Source of the DNA: Carpediemonas membranifera BICM
Taxonomy: Eukaryota > Protista > Fornicata
Direction of reading: 5' to 3'
Assembly (NCBI GenBank): GCA_019828565.1
Contig: JAHDYR010000062.1
Span: 1,312,421 to 1,376,420, forward strand
DNA length: 64,000 nucleotides
In this document: positions 53,884-63,271 of the stretch, one piece after another
Layout: the number at the start of each line of letters is the position of its first letter
Position numbering within the stretch: the first letter of the stretch is position 1
The notes under the pieces: generated by a model
The model's input: only the letters and a program-made list of their open reading frames with translations
Databases searched by the model: none
What the model was told of the DNA's origin: nothing
Program-made: the position numbers and the translations under genes

Positions 53884-55014
53884 ATGGAGGATACAATGGA
53901 GCAAGCAACACAGACAATTATAACTAGAATGAGACCACCGCCGGCAGCAATCACCAAGTTCGAGCGGGATACACAGACCGTGGAGACTAAGGTTACGACG
54001 TCCCAATCGCAGCGAGAGTTCGCCGTGCAGACCGGATGCCCGAGAAATTTTGTTGAATCCACAAAGATGGACCGCACGATGGAAGCAGGGACGTATGAAA
54101 CGGCGGATGACTTTAATGCCAGGAAGCTGGCCGCGCTCATCGTCATCCAGAAGCACTTCCGGTCCTATTTCGCCCGCAAGGAGGTGGAGAGACGGCGCCA
54201 GGAACGCCATATTCAGCTTGAAGAGGAGAAGGAGCGCATTGAGCAGGAGGCCGCCCGTCTCCGCGCTGCCCGCGAGAAGGAGGTGCAGCGCCGCATCCAC
54301 CCCCGCACGGGCCGGGACTTCCAGGTGCTGTACGACGAGCTCGCGGTGTGGGTCAAGGAGCAGAAGCTGCGGATCCAGGAGGCGGGGCTGCCCGAGTACG
54401 AGACAAAGGCCGCCCTCGCCACGCTCCTCAACAAGCAGACCAAGCTACTGCAGACCATCGACGGGCTCAAGCTGGAGGCGTCCAAGCAGAACAAGATTGA
54501 CAAGATCGACAAACAGATCCGCGGGATGGCCGCCCCCAAGGTCTGGCCGGCGTACGATGGGAGGGAGCCCGTCTCGGTCCACACCCCGGACACTGTGAGG
54601 GCGGGGGAGCTGGCTGACCTGTATTACGGCCTGACGAACACCCTGCTGACCGTGGACGAGCGGCTCGACGTGCTACTCCACGTCAAGTGGACCGTCAAGG
54701 AGTTCGACTGCCCTCTCACACGCGACATAGTCACCCTCATCGACAGAGAGGCCGATAGTATTGACAGGCGCCGTCCTGAGAAGTCCCTCGTTTATTTGCG
54801 GCAGCGTATCGCGGCCAACTTCCTGCAGTTCCTCATGGAGCCTGAGTTCAACCCCGCCGCCCTCCCCTACCAGAGAGTGGACCCGGAGAAGCTCAAGCGG
54901 CCCCGTACCAAGCCCCTTGGGCAGCCTAGCCGCACCCGGTACGTTTCTGTCCAGACGGAGGAGGATGAGGACCTCGAGGACGATATGGATGAGATGCTGG
55001 ACATGAGCATCTGA
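53884..55014 (+). CDS. IQUB: IQ and ubiquitin-like domain protein (flagellar radial spoke)
   Basis: IQKHFRSYFARK IQ motif; RRIHPRT.RDFQVLY; ERLDVLLHVKWTVKEFDCPLTRDIVTLIDRE. Confidence 0.85.
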   Translation: MEDTMEQATQTIITRMRPPPAAITKFERDTQTVETKVTTSQSQREFAVQTGCPRNFVESTKMDRTMEAGTYETADDFNARKLAALIVIQKHFRSYFARKEVERRRQERHIQLEEEKERIEQEAARLRAAREKEVQRRIHPRTGRDFQVLYDELAVWVKEQKLRIQEAGLPEYETKAALATLLNKQTKLLQTIDGLKLEASKQNKIDKIDKQIRGMAAPKVWPAYDGREPVSVHTPDTVRAGELADLYYGLTNTLLTVDERLDVLLHVKWTVKEFDCPLTRDIVTLIDREADSIDRRRPEKSLVYLRQRIAANFLQFLMEPEFNPAALPYQRVDPEKLKRPRTKPLGQPSRTRYVSVQTEEDEDLEDDMDEMLDMSI

Positions 55015-55245
55015 GTGGTTATGCGGCGAGACATATGGAAGCCTGCTGGCGTTGTGACATTTATAAATCTCCCGCTGGTTGGTTGTTCGCAATGAGCAAA
55101 TGTCACAGGATCCATGCCAATTGGACTCAGTCCAGCCCTCTCTGACGCCCTATCGCCCTCTGTAGGTCGTGCTACGGTCCAAATTTGGCTCGATCCCAGA
55201 CTGACTCGAAAGCTACTACCAGTTGCAGAGCTACCAAGTGGGACG

Positions 55246-56127
55246 ATGAGCACGCTCGGAAGCACCCGGTTGAAATCACCAACGGCGAGTACCATGAGAA
55301 CGACTGTACATATTCTTCGAAAGTTGCGACGGGCAAAGGATGTCGTCGAGTTTTGGAGCTTCTTCACATGGTACTTCGAGCTCGGCGGATTCTTCTCTAC
55401 CGTGGCGATATCTCCCGTTATTGGAGCAAAGAGAGGCATTGTCTCCCGTCTGACATGGATTTTCAATCACACTCGCGCCAAAGTCATCACCATTGGTGAG
55501 GATCCCGCAGTAATCAAGGCGTTCGACGGCATCGTCTTGTCGACCCACAAGACCTTCCTCGACTTCACAACAACCTTCCTCTTCGGTGAGGGCGCGTACA
55601 TTGGCCGGCGGCTGGCTGCAGCCATCATGCCCATGGGATCCATTGGCCGAAAGTGGTCGGGGATGTTCATCATCTTCAGGCGCGGGAACTTCAAGAAGGA
55701 GGGCAGCAACCTGACCAGCAGTATCGTCAAGATGCTCCAGGGCGGCCCCAGGGGCAACACCCGCGTGCTCGTCTTCCCCGAGGGCCACCGACTCCCAAGG
55801 CGCGGCCTGCTCCGCCTCAGGACTGGTATGATTCGGATCTGCTTCGACCACAAGATTCCTGTGTATCTGGCACCATCTGAGGGCGGGGAATACATCCTCA
55901 ACGAGGCCGCGATGATGGTGCAGAAGGACATGCCGTATGTCGTCAACTACGCCGGAACTGTCGACCCCGCGGACTATCAAACGTGGGAAGACTTCTATGA
56001 GGAGGTCAGCTCGCGCTTCTCGGCAGCGTACGACGCAGCGTGTCGCAAATACGACGAGGCTGAAGCTGACCTCGGACGGCCCAATAGGATCCGCCAGTAC
56101 CTTGAGGATAAGTCCAGTGGCCTGTAA
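55246..56127 (+). CDS. 1-acylglycerol-3-phosphate acyltransferase (PlsC family); start uncertain
   Basis: STHKTFLD (HxxxxD), FIIFRR, VFPEGHR, LRTG. Confidence 0.8.
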   Translation: MSTLGSTRLKSPTASTMRTTVHILRKLRRAKDVVEFWSFFTWYFELGGFFSTVAISPVIGAKRGIVSRLTWIFNHTRAKVITIGEDPAVIKAFDGIVLSTHKTFLDFTTTFLFGEGAYIGRRLAAAIMPMGSIGRKWSGMFIIFRRGNFKKEGSNLTSSIVKMLQGGPRGNTRVLVFPEGHRLPRRGLLRLRTGMIRICFDHKIPVYLAPSEGGEYILNEAAMMVQKDMPYVVNYAGTVDPADYQTWEDFYEEVSSRFSAAYDAACRKYDEAEADLGRPNRIRQYLEDKSSGL

Positions 56128-56128
56128 A

Positions 56129-56352
56129 TGTCATGTTATGCTCGTAGTGCGATCTTTGATGACGATTCAGCAGATTGTCGTCGTGACATAAAGCCCTTAC
56201 CATGGCTGATGCCGTCATGTCCGCTACCCTTCTGGTGTACGACAAGTGGAGTGTCAAGCTGGGATTGTTCAGCCCACTGGAGCTCCTTCCAGTCGAGCTG
56301 TCGGCCTGAGCCAGCTGTTTACATGAAGATAAATCAGAACATAAAGTGCACA
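56129..56352. mobile_element. Diverged non-autonomous relative of the Fanzor-host element
   Basis: 56190-56309 encodes KALTMADAVMSATLLVYDKWSVKLGLFSPLELLP...* homologous to 5843-5995 and 48025-48177. TGT start, GTGCACA end, flanks GTAAA/GTACA (4/5 match). Confidence 0.55.
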
Positions 56353-56368
56353 GTACAAATAACCGAGA

Positions 56369-56875
56369 ATGAACAAGCAAGCCTTTATCCAGACCGTCAG
56401 AGAGACTCTAGATGCCGCTCTCTGCATTGAAAACTTCCCCAGCCAGATTGTGGAACGTCACAACAAGCCAGAGGTGGAGACCAGGATGAACCCCGAGCTG
56501 ATCCTCAATCCCGTCACTATCTGCCGCACTATTCACGAGAAGGTCTTTATTGAGCCATCTGTGAACTCTGTGCGCATCAGCATCAAGCTGAAGTTCCTCG
56601 ATGAAATTGACCGCATCCTCGTCGACAAGTTCTGCTCCTGGCTCATGAAGCGTGCTGAGATGTTCGGCATCCTCCGCCGTGTGCCCGTTGAGGGGTACTC
56701 CATCTCTCTTTTGATCGAGAACAAGCACGTCGAGGCCAAGGCCCGGGCCAAGGTTGTCAACTTCGTCGTCCAGTTCCTCGAGGAAATCGACAAGGAGATC
56801 TCGGAAATGAAGCTCGATGTCAACTCTCGCGCTCGTGTGGTCGCCACCCAGTTCCACCAGTCGCTCCTCGTGTAA
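56369..56875 (+). CDS. ARPC4: Arp2/3 complex subunit 4
   Basis: [67 protein letters not shown]. Confidence 0.97.
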   Translation: MNKQAFIQTVRETLDAALCIENFPSQIVERHNKPEVETRMNPELILNPVTICRTIHEKVFIEPSVNSVRISIKLKFLDEIDRILVDKFCSWLMKRAEMFGILRRVPVEGYSISLLIENKHVEAKARAKVVNFVVQFLEEIDKEISEMKLDVNSRARVVATQFHQSLLV

Positions 56876-57042
56876 ATGCCACTTTACCGTGGATCTCAGG
56901 GCACGATCGTGCTTGGGTGATGAAAATGAGGAGCAGTGTGCCTAGCCAGGAAAGAACGCGTCTGTGTAGGTACAGCGCTCCATTTCTCCCCGGCCCTTAT
57001 CCTGCCGGTGGAACACAGGAGCAGCCGAACGGGCCCGCGGCT

Positions 57043-57975
57043 ATGCTTGGAAGGAGGTGTCATTTCTGCAATAACCGAGTTCGTGGTATCCGCGGAAGGA
57101 TCTGGACGTGCCCTCTATGTGAAGCAACCAACGCCATCGCCGAGGACGGCACCGACATCTTTCTCCCGGCCTACGCGCGACCGCAGCATCGATTCAAGCC
57201 ACTGAGGTTGTATATGGAGAAGCCTTCATACAATCCGAGCCGACGACTGTGCGAGACATGCGACTATCGCCTGGAGCAGTACACCAGCGCATACAATGCA
57301 GCTCCAACGGCGGGCGAGAGGCGGAAGCTGCAGAAGACGCGACCTGAGCTGTGTGCCGCATGCAAGCTCCGCCTCGCTAACGCCACGAAGCCCTGCACAT
57401 CCACCGTGGCGCGGGTGTGGGTCCATCGGCTGTGGAGGCTGGCCAGCCTCGTCGCTCGACTGATTGCCCTCCTGATGATGCCCCTCCTGCCGTTCTGGCC
57501 AGCAGGGTTGACAATTCTGACGTCGCTCTCCATCCTGCGGGCGGGGTGGGTGCGGCTATTCCCCCACACAATCGCCTGCCTCCAGCCCAGCCCGGACGGG
57601 CGGTTCGATGAGCTCGCCACAATCATTGATGACATGAATATCGATGAGACATCCAGCCAGCCTGACAGGCCCCGCCGCATGCCCATGTGGCGTTGCCTGC
57701 TCGCCCTCACGCCCCTGCTGCCGCTCCCACTCAGCCTGGCAGGCCCAGCCATCGCCATGGCCGTGTGTTTTTCTTCTTTTTTCTTCCTTCGTCTCGCTCC
57801 ACCTCCGCGCTTTTCTCTCCATCGCCCTCATCGCCGCCCTGTTCGCCGTCTCCATCCTCGTCACGGTCGTCTCCCTCAAAATGTGCTCGTTCGTCACGTG
57901 GCAGCTCATCACGGCCTCTGGTGTGGGCACAGGCGTGCATCTCATCGCCATGGGCTACTCCATCCTGCGAAGTGA
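57043..57975 (+). CDS. Ima1/TMEM201(Samp1)-like inner nuclear membrane protein (frameshift in T-rich run ~57770-57790)
   Basis: CHFCN...WTCPLCEATN...G, LCETC, LCAAC zinc-finger pattern followed by TM segments. Confidence 0.6.
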   Translation: MLGRRCHFCNNRVRGIRGRIWTCPLCEATNAIAEDGTDIFLPAYARPQHRFKPLRLYMEKPSYNPSRRLCETCDYRLEQYTSAYNAAPTAGERRKLQKTRPELCAACKLRLANATKPCTSTVARVWVHRLWRLASLVARLIALLMMPLLPFWPAGLTILTSLSILRAGWVRLFPHTIACLQPSPDGRFDELATIIDDMNIDETSSQPDRPRRMPMWRCLLALTPLLPLPLSLAGPAIAMAVCFSSFFFLRLAPPPRFSLHRPHRRPVRRLHPRHGRLPQNVLVRHVAAHHGLWCGHRRASHRHGLLHPAK

Positions 57976-57988
57976 GGCCAGTCCCGTC

Positions 57989-60211
57989 ATGCTGGCCGCT
58001 GCAGTGCAGTGCGCTGGGCCGCTATGGAAGAGCATCTCAGAAGAGATGACCGAGAACTACATCAAGGCGACGCTCAAGCCGTACTTTGCCCACACGATCC
58101 CGCTGATGTTGTCAAATAATCTAAGTGCAGCGGTCGAAGATCCATACTCAATATTCGATATCGTCGAGGAGAATTTATTTACCAAGTTGACACATGGAGC
58201 GACAAAGAGTTTTGCAAAGCAGTTCTACAGCATTGCTGACCTATTCCAGGAGGAGATGATCGAGGTGCAGACTTACAAGAGCTTCGTACCCAACGGCACT
58301 GAGACGATGAGTGTGTACAACTTTATTACTCGGACGGTGACTCTCTCAGACAACATCGTGTCATGCATCATTCACAACAACAACGAGATCGGCGACTGTC
58401 TGATTGGTCTCAGTGATGAGCTCCAGATGATTGAGTACAGCATCACCAGTACTGCCATGACTGGACTATTCAACGTCATTGACCGGGTGTACGTCATCAC
58501 CCAGCTCTTTCTCACCATCGAGTTGCTCGTCTTCATCATCGTCTTCGTGCTCTTCGTCAGCCTCTTCCTCTTCGTGGCGACGACCCTGTACGTCCTGCCG
58601 CTGACCCAAGGCCTCGACTTCACCGTCACCCTCATCCAGCTCTTCACCAAGATCCCCAGCGCGACAGTCGACGAGATCATCGCGGACTTCCACAAGAAGA
58701 AGATCCAACGGCGCCGACTCGCGATGGACTCGCATCGAGAGTCGTTCACCGACGTCCAGGCCATGAGCGAGCGCCAGAGCACCGCAGGCACCTTCAGGGA
58801 GTCGTTCGAGCTAGGTACAGACAGACCCTCAGTCACAAACTCTTCCGTTGCTGTGCCCGAGCAGCAGGCCGAGAGCAGTTCAGCCAGACGTACCTCGGTC
58901 AACTTCGACCTGTCCGCCAACCTCCAGTCTAGCCAGTTTGTCAAGGATTCTTTCGCTATGGGCCAGTACTCACCCAAGGCCTCGGATGCCACGGTCGCTG
59001 AGGTCGTCGAGGAGCTTGGGGGCGAGGACTCGGCCTCGTCGTCCTCTTCGGGCTACAGCTATGGCTCGGAGACGACCGATGAGGAGGCCAAGGCGCTGAA
59101 GGAGGCAGAGGAGGACACTGAGATCTCCATCGCGAAGCAGGACCTCACTCTCGAGCTAGAGCCGACGCACGAGCTGGCCCTCGCGATGAACCAGGACCTC
59201 GACACCGCAGCAAACTCGCTCGAGTCGATACGGCAGCTGTCGTCCCGCAAGCCGCAGGGCATGTCCTCCAAGCTGAGTCGCAGAGCAATTCAGCTGACAG
59301 CAGCGCTGCGTGAGATCCCGTTCCTGTTCATCTGGCTCGTGCTGTTTGCGGCAGTGTTTTTGAGTATGACCGCGTACGCGCTGTACAACACGGGAGACGT
59401 AACTCAGACAGCACAGTCGCTGTACGTCCAGTATCGCGGGCTGTCGACCATCGGGCGGACCAACCAGTTTATCGCCGCGTCGGCGTGGCAGACCAACCTT
59501 CCCGGTGTTATGACCACTACTGCTGCAGCCGAGTCTATTTCGGGCGACGTTCTGGCTATTCTGCAGTCGATCGTCCCGTTTATCGCTGGATCTTCGGAAG
59601 ATATTGAATTCATCACGGATAGAGCCTGGGAGCTCAGCGGGTTCTCCGACCGCATTAAGACGGCCACTAGAGCCATCAGGGGCACCTTGGCCAGCGACCA
59701 TTGGCGGACGGGGTTGTATGCAGACGACATCGAGTTCACCCTGCATAGCGACACGTGCCTCCGACTGAGACCCGAGTCGTGCGAGCTCGACAGACTGCCT
59801 CAGACGTACACAGGGCTTGAATCGCTGCTCAGTTCTTTTGTAGCAAACGTCGAGGTGGCGGTTGCCGAACTCGAGGCGGGGACGCTCATGGGGCCGAGTC
59901 AAACATTCATCAACGAGACGCAGGCGCTAGACTGCCTCGGAGGTGAGTTCTCGATCCAGCTGAGCCTCCGAAGCCGCTTCATCGACCTGATCGACCAGAC
60001 GCAGACAAACGTCCTCATGTTTTTCGCCGTATTCGTCGTGTTGTTGGCCATTTTCTACTTCTTCTACCTCTACAAGGCCATCGTGAACCTCTCCAAGGTG
60101 CGGCAGCAGTTCGCCCTGACCTTCCACAGCCTGCCCCGGGCTGGGATACCCACGGAGGTCGTTGAGGCGTTCCTCGAGATATTCCCGGACGAAGAGGCTC
60201 TGGACGCTTGA
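57989..60211 (+). CDS. Multi-pass membrane protein (TmcB/C-like C-terminal architecture); start uncertain, frame open from 57644
   Basis: TM helices separated by long helical loops and a Ser/Glu-rich linker. Confidence 0.6.
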   Translation: MLAAAVQCAGPLWKSISEEMTENYIKATLKPYFAHTIPLMLSNNLSAAVEDPYSIFDIVEENLFTKLTHGATKSFAKQFYSIADLFQEEMIEVQTYKSFVPNGTETMSVYNFITRTVTLSDNIVSCIIHNNNEIGDCLIGLSDELQMIEYSITSTAMTGLFNVIDRVYVITQLFLTIELLVFIIVFVLFVSLFLFVATTLYVLPLTQGLDFTVTLIQLFTKIPSATVDEIIADFHKKKIQRRRLAMDSHRESFTDVQAMSERQSTAGTFRESFELGTDRPSVTNSSVAVPEQQAESSSARRTSVNFDLSANLQSSQFVKDSFAMGQYSPKASDATVAEVVEELGGEDSASSSSSGYSYGSETTDEEAKALKEAEEDTEISIAKQDLTLELEPTHELALAMNQDLDTAANSLESIRQLSSRKPQGMSSKLSRRAIQLTAALREIPFLFIWLVLFAAVFLSMTAYALYNTGDVTQTAQSLYVQYRGLSTIGRTNQFIAASAWQTNLPGVMTTTAAAESISGDVLAILQSIVPFIAGSSEDIEFITDRAWELSGFSDRIKTATRAIRGTLASDHWRTGLYADDIEFTLHSDTCLRLRPESCELDRLPQTYTGLESLLSSFVANVEVAVAELEAGTLMGPSQTFINETQALDCLGGEFSIQLSLRSRFIDLIDQTQTNVLMFFAVFVVLLAIFYFFYLYKAIVNLSKVRQQFALTFHSLPRAGIPTEVVEAFLEIFPDEEALDA

Positions 60212-60571
60212 TGGTTTGCGTTGTAACGTTCGGTAAAAATCGGATTTTTCGCAGTTTAAGGTTGATTGGCTCAGATGCACCACGAGCCTTTCAGGAAGCA
60301 GAGGGATGCTACGCCCAGGGCCTGTTTGCCTACCCAGCGTCTAGCGTGAGGTCGAGAGTCGGATCGATCTGGACGATTGTGCCACTCTGGAACCAAAGGA
60401 AGGGGGTTGGAGTGATCCCGGCAGCACTTGATGCTGGTATTCTCTTATACGCTATGCTATTGATCTGTTGCTCGTTCTTATTCGCGCGTTTTCTCTGCGA
60501 ACCCGCATTCAGCACCAAACGACATGCAATCGCGAGAATACAAAACGACAACAACCTCTCACGAATGGCAA

Positions 60572-61216
60572 ATGACTGGTCCATCGCATTCATCTGCAAT
60601 ACATCACCGTCCACACGTTCTAGTCAGCGCCTGCATCCGTGGCCGCAACTGCCGTTGGAATGGCGCCAATAAGAATGTACCTGCGGCAAACCACCTTCTC
60701 AGAGATATGGAGGCCGTTGTCCTGCCAGTATGCCCCGAGACAGCAGCGTTCGGCTGCCCCCGCCAGCCAGTCCACCTTTCCGACAGCTTAGCCCACCCTC
60801 GCGTGATGACGCAGCGCATGACGGACGGCACGGACAAGCTGCACACTGAGGCCATGGCCGCAGTTTTGCGGCACCCGACCATCGACGGCTTCATCGGATG
60901 TGCCCGCTCGCCCACGTGCGGCATGTGTGCGGGTGTTTCCCATGTCATCGGCGAGACTGGGCCCCACGGGATCCACGGGGGAACTGCACGAGGTGTGCTC
61001 ATGGACATCATCGAGCGCCGGTACCCCGATTTGCCGCTAATCGAAGGTCAGCAGCTAGTCAACCCCACAGAGGCGTCGGTGTTCAAGTTCAAGGTCCTGG
61101 AGGCAGCCAGGCAGCGTGTTGAGGCGACCAAGGAGGTCATAACTGTCCGTGTTCCTGTACCCGAACTGGGGGAGGTTAGGCTCGATGAAATGGGGGCGGC
61201 GACAGAGTCGGCGTAA
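60572..61216 (+). CDS. DUF523/YbbK (TudS 2-thiouracil desulfidase-like) Fe-S protein; start uncertain
   Basis: VLVSACIRGRNCRWNG, PVCPE..FGCPR, RSPTCG, G.GV motifs. Confidence 0.82.
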   Translation: MTGPSHSSAIHHRPHVLVSACIRGRNCRWNGANKNVPAANHLLRDMEAVVLPVCPETAAFGCPRQPVHLSDSLAHPRVMTQRMTDGTDKLHTEAMAAVLRHPTIDGFIGCARSPTCGMCAGVSHVIGETGPHGIHGGTARGVLMDIIERRYPDLPLIEGQQLVNPTEASVFKFKVLEAARQRVEATKEVITVRVPVPELGEVRLDEMGAATESA

Positions 61217-61277
61217 GCTAAGATAAAATGGCACATTTAAGGAAGGGGAGCACTAATGGAGGCCTCGGGCGATGTTC

Positions 61278-61562
61278 TCAGCGAATCCTGCATTCGATCA
61301 TGTCCTCGCGGTTGATGAGGACGATGGGCAGCTCGCGACGGGAGACCACGTGGTTATCCTTCACAAACTCGGTGGCATGGTCGTCATATGTTGATACGGT
61401 ACGTTCCTCGACGTCTGAAAGAACAAGGGACTCGCGGTAGTCCACAGACTGGATGGTGCCATAGAACGAGCGAACGAAGGTATCAGCCTGAACCATAACG
61501 AATGCTTTGCGACCTAAGAGATCACAGGGAATGTTTGTGGCGTTTTCGGCAGCGTTTGACAT
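61278..61562 (-). CDS. Sm/LSm-fold protein (LSm8/NAA38-like)
   Basis: LLGRK..V...RSFYGTIQSVDYRESLVLSDVEE (Sm1) and RRELPIVLIN (Sm2). Confidence 0.7.
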   Translation of the reverse strand: MSNAAENATNIPCDLLGRKAFVMVQADTFVRSFYGTIQSVDYRESLVLSDVEERTVSTYDDHATEFVKDNHVVSRRELPIVLINREDMIECRIR

Positions 61563-61775
61563 CTTCTCGCCCTTGAAAACACGTCGACAAGCTCTGAGTG
61601 CAGTTTATGCATCTGACGATGTAGCGCTCAAAATAAGAGACGAGTCGAGTGCCGAAGCGTATACGATGTCTGTCGCGACGACACGCCACAGTTTCTCGCC
61701 CATTCTGGCGAAGATGGGTCCACAGTCGTTCAAGTCTAAAGTAGGCCAGCACGCCTGTTCACGACTATAGACTGT

Positions 61776-63200
61776 ATGGCAGATCAATTCCCTTCGTACA
61801 TTGCAAACCAATGGACTGGAGCTCAGCCAAGAAACACTATTAAGTTCTCATCCACTGAAATTACCTACTACACGGAGTGCTTTAATCAGGCGCGCCAGAC
61901 GAAGAGCGACCAGGACTTCATTGAAGGCACAGAGGCTGTAGCATTCCTCAGAAAGTCCAGCCTCCCAATAGCTACGCTCAGGGGCATCTGGGAGCTGGCG
62001 GATCGGAAGAAGCAGGGCAAGCTCGGCAAGCTCGAGTTCTTCCTCGCCATGCGCCTCATCGCCCTCGCCCAGCAGAACAAGGCGATGTCTCTCGAGGCAG
62101 TGATGGCAGTGTCCTTCGCCGGCATCCCGCGCTTTGTCGGCGTCCCCTGCCCCAGCGACTCCCAGCCGACCGACCTCACCCCCCAGGCCCAGCCCCAGCC
62201 CCAGGCACAGATCACACCTCAGCACCACCCCCAGTCCGCCGTACCGCAGCTGAGCGCAGCGCCAGCCCACAGCTCACCGATGGCGTCGGGCGGCGTCCCC
62301 TCCAAGGCTCCCCTGACCCGGGCGCAGACTGCAAACTCCCTCGATCACGCTGAGAAGCTCATGGGCAGCGTCCAGGTGATGCGGCGTGCGGCTATGGAGC
62401 ACACTGGCATGCTCGCCGTGAAGGACCGGCTGCCCGACCTCAAGCCGATGCTCGACGCCCTCGACGACGCTAAGCAGGCCACCGCACGCTCTCTGCAGCA
62501 CCTTTCCAACGATTTCGAGGAGGTGCGCAAGGAATTCGAAGATGCGCGCGCGCAGGTAGACGCCAAGCAGCGCGAGTTGGTCGACATGCGGGCCCAGAAG
62601 GCAGCTCTCACCGCCAAGATCCAGCTCGTTCGTGACGACATCGAGCGCATGACCCAAGATGACCGAAAGCTCGACGAGGCCGTCCGTGATCAGCAGCGCG
62701 AGGTTGCCGTACTTCAGCAGGAGTTCGACGAGCAGGTCAGTCTCCTCGCTGCACGCCAGGTCACACGCGCCAGACTACTCAGACAAGCTGTCGACGCGGC
62801 CAAGCGCCGTGCGGAAGCCATTGCTGATGCTGAGCTGCCCGCCCCTGTGCCCGACGTCGTTGTCGCCACGCAACAGCCCGATATGTGGGATCCCACGCCC
62901 GCAAACTCATCCCCCGTCGCCTCTGTGCACGCTGTGGAGCACGAGGAGGCCCAACCACCCGCACCCGACCAGACCCAGCCTGAGGCAGACACTCAACCCG
63001 AACCCGTCGTCGTGAAAGAAGAGCAGACAATCGAGGAGCCCGTAGTCGACCCCGAGGCGCCCGAGGAAACTGAGGAGAAGGTGGCCACCCAGGGCGCAGT
63101 GGAGGACCTGTTTGATGCGATGGAGATGGAGCAGTTCCCGGAACAACCCCCAGCCCCCAGCGGGGCCGCGGACGAGTTTGACTGGGATAGTTTCAATTGA
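61776..63200 (+). CDS. EH-domain plus coiled-coil endocytic adaptor (Eps15-like)
   Basis: IEGTEAVAFLRKSSLP..TLRGIWELAD...GKL...EFFLAMRLI; coiled coil; acidic tail ending DEFDWDSF. Confidence 0.85.
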   Translation: MADQFPSYIANQWTGAQPRNTIKFSSTEITYYTECFNQARQTKSDQDFIEGTEAVAFLRKSSLPIATLRGIWELADRKKQGKLGKLEFFLAMRLIALAQQNKAMSLEAVMAVSFAGIPRFVGVPCPSDSQPTDLTPQAQPQPQAQITPQHHPQSAVPQLSAAPAHSSPMASGGVPSKAPLTRAQTANSLDHAEKLMGSVQVMRRAAMEHTGMLAVKDRLPDLKPMLDALDDAKQATARSLQHLSNDFEEVRKEFEDARAQVDAKQRELVDMRAQKAALTAKIQLVRDDIERMTQDDRKLDEAVRDQQREVAVLQQEFDEQVSLLAARQVTRARLLRQAVDAAKRRAEAIADAELPAPVPDVVVATQQPDMWDPTPANSSPVASVHAVEHEEAQPPAPDQTQPEADTQPEPVVVKEEQTIEEPVVDPEAPEETEEKVATQGAVEDLFDAMEMEQFPEQPPAPSGAADEFDWDSFN

Positions 63201-63271
63201 GGTAAAGTGTTTCTGTATACATGGTGGTCTGATCTGTTTATGTGACAGTAAATGAGCCATGTAGCAGCTGT

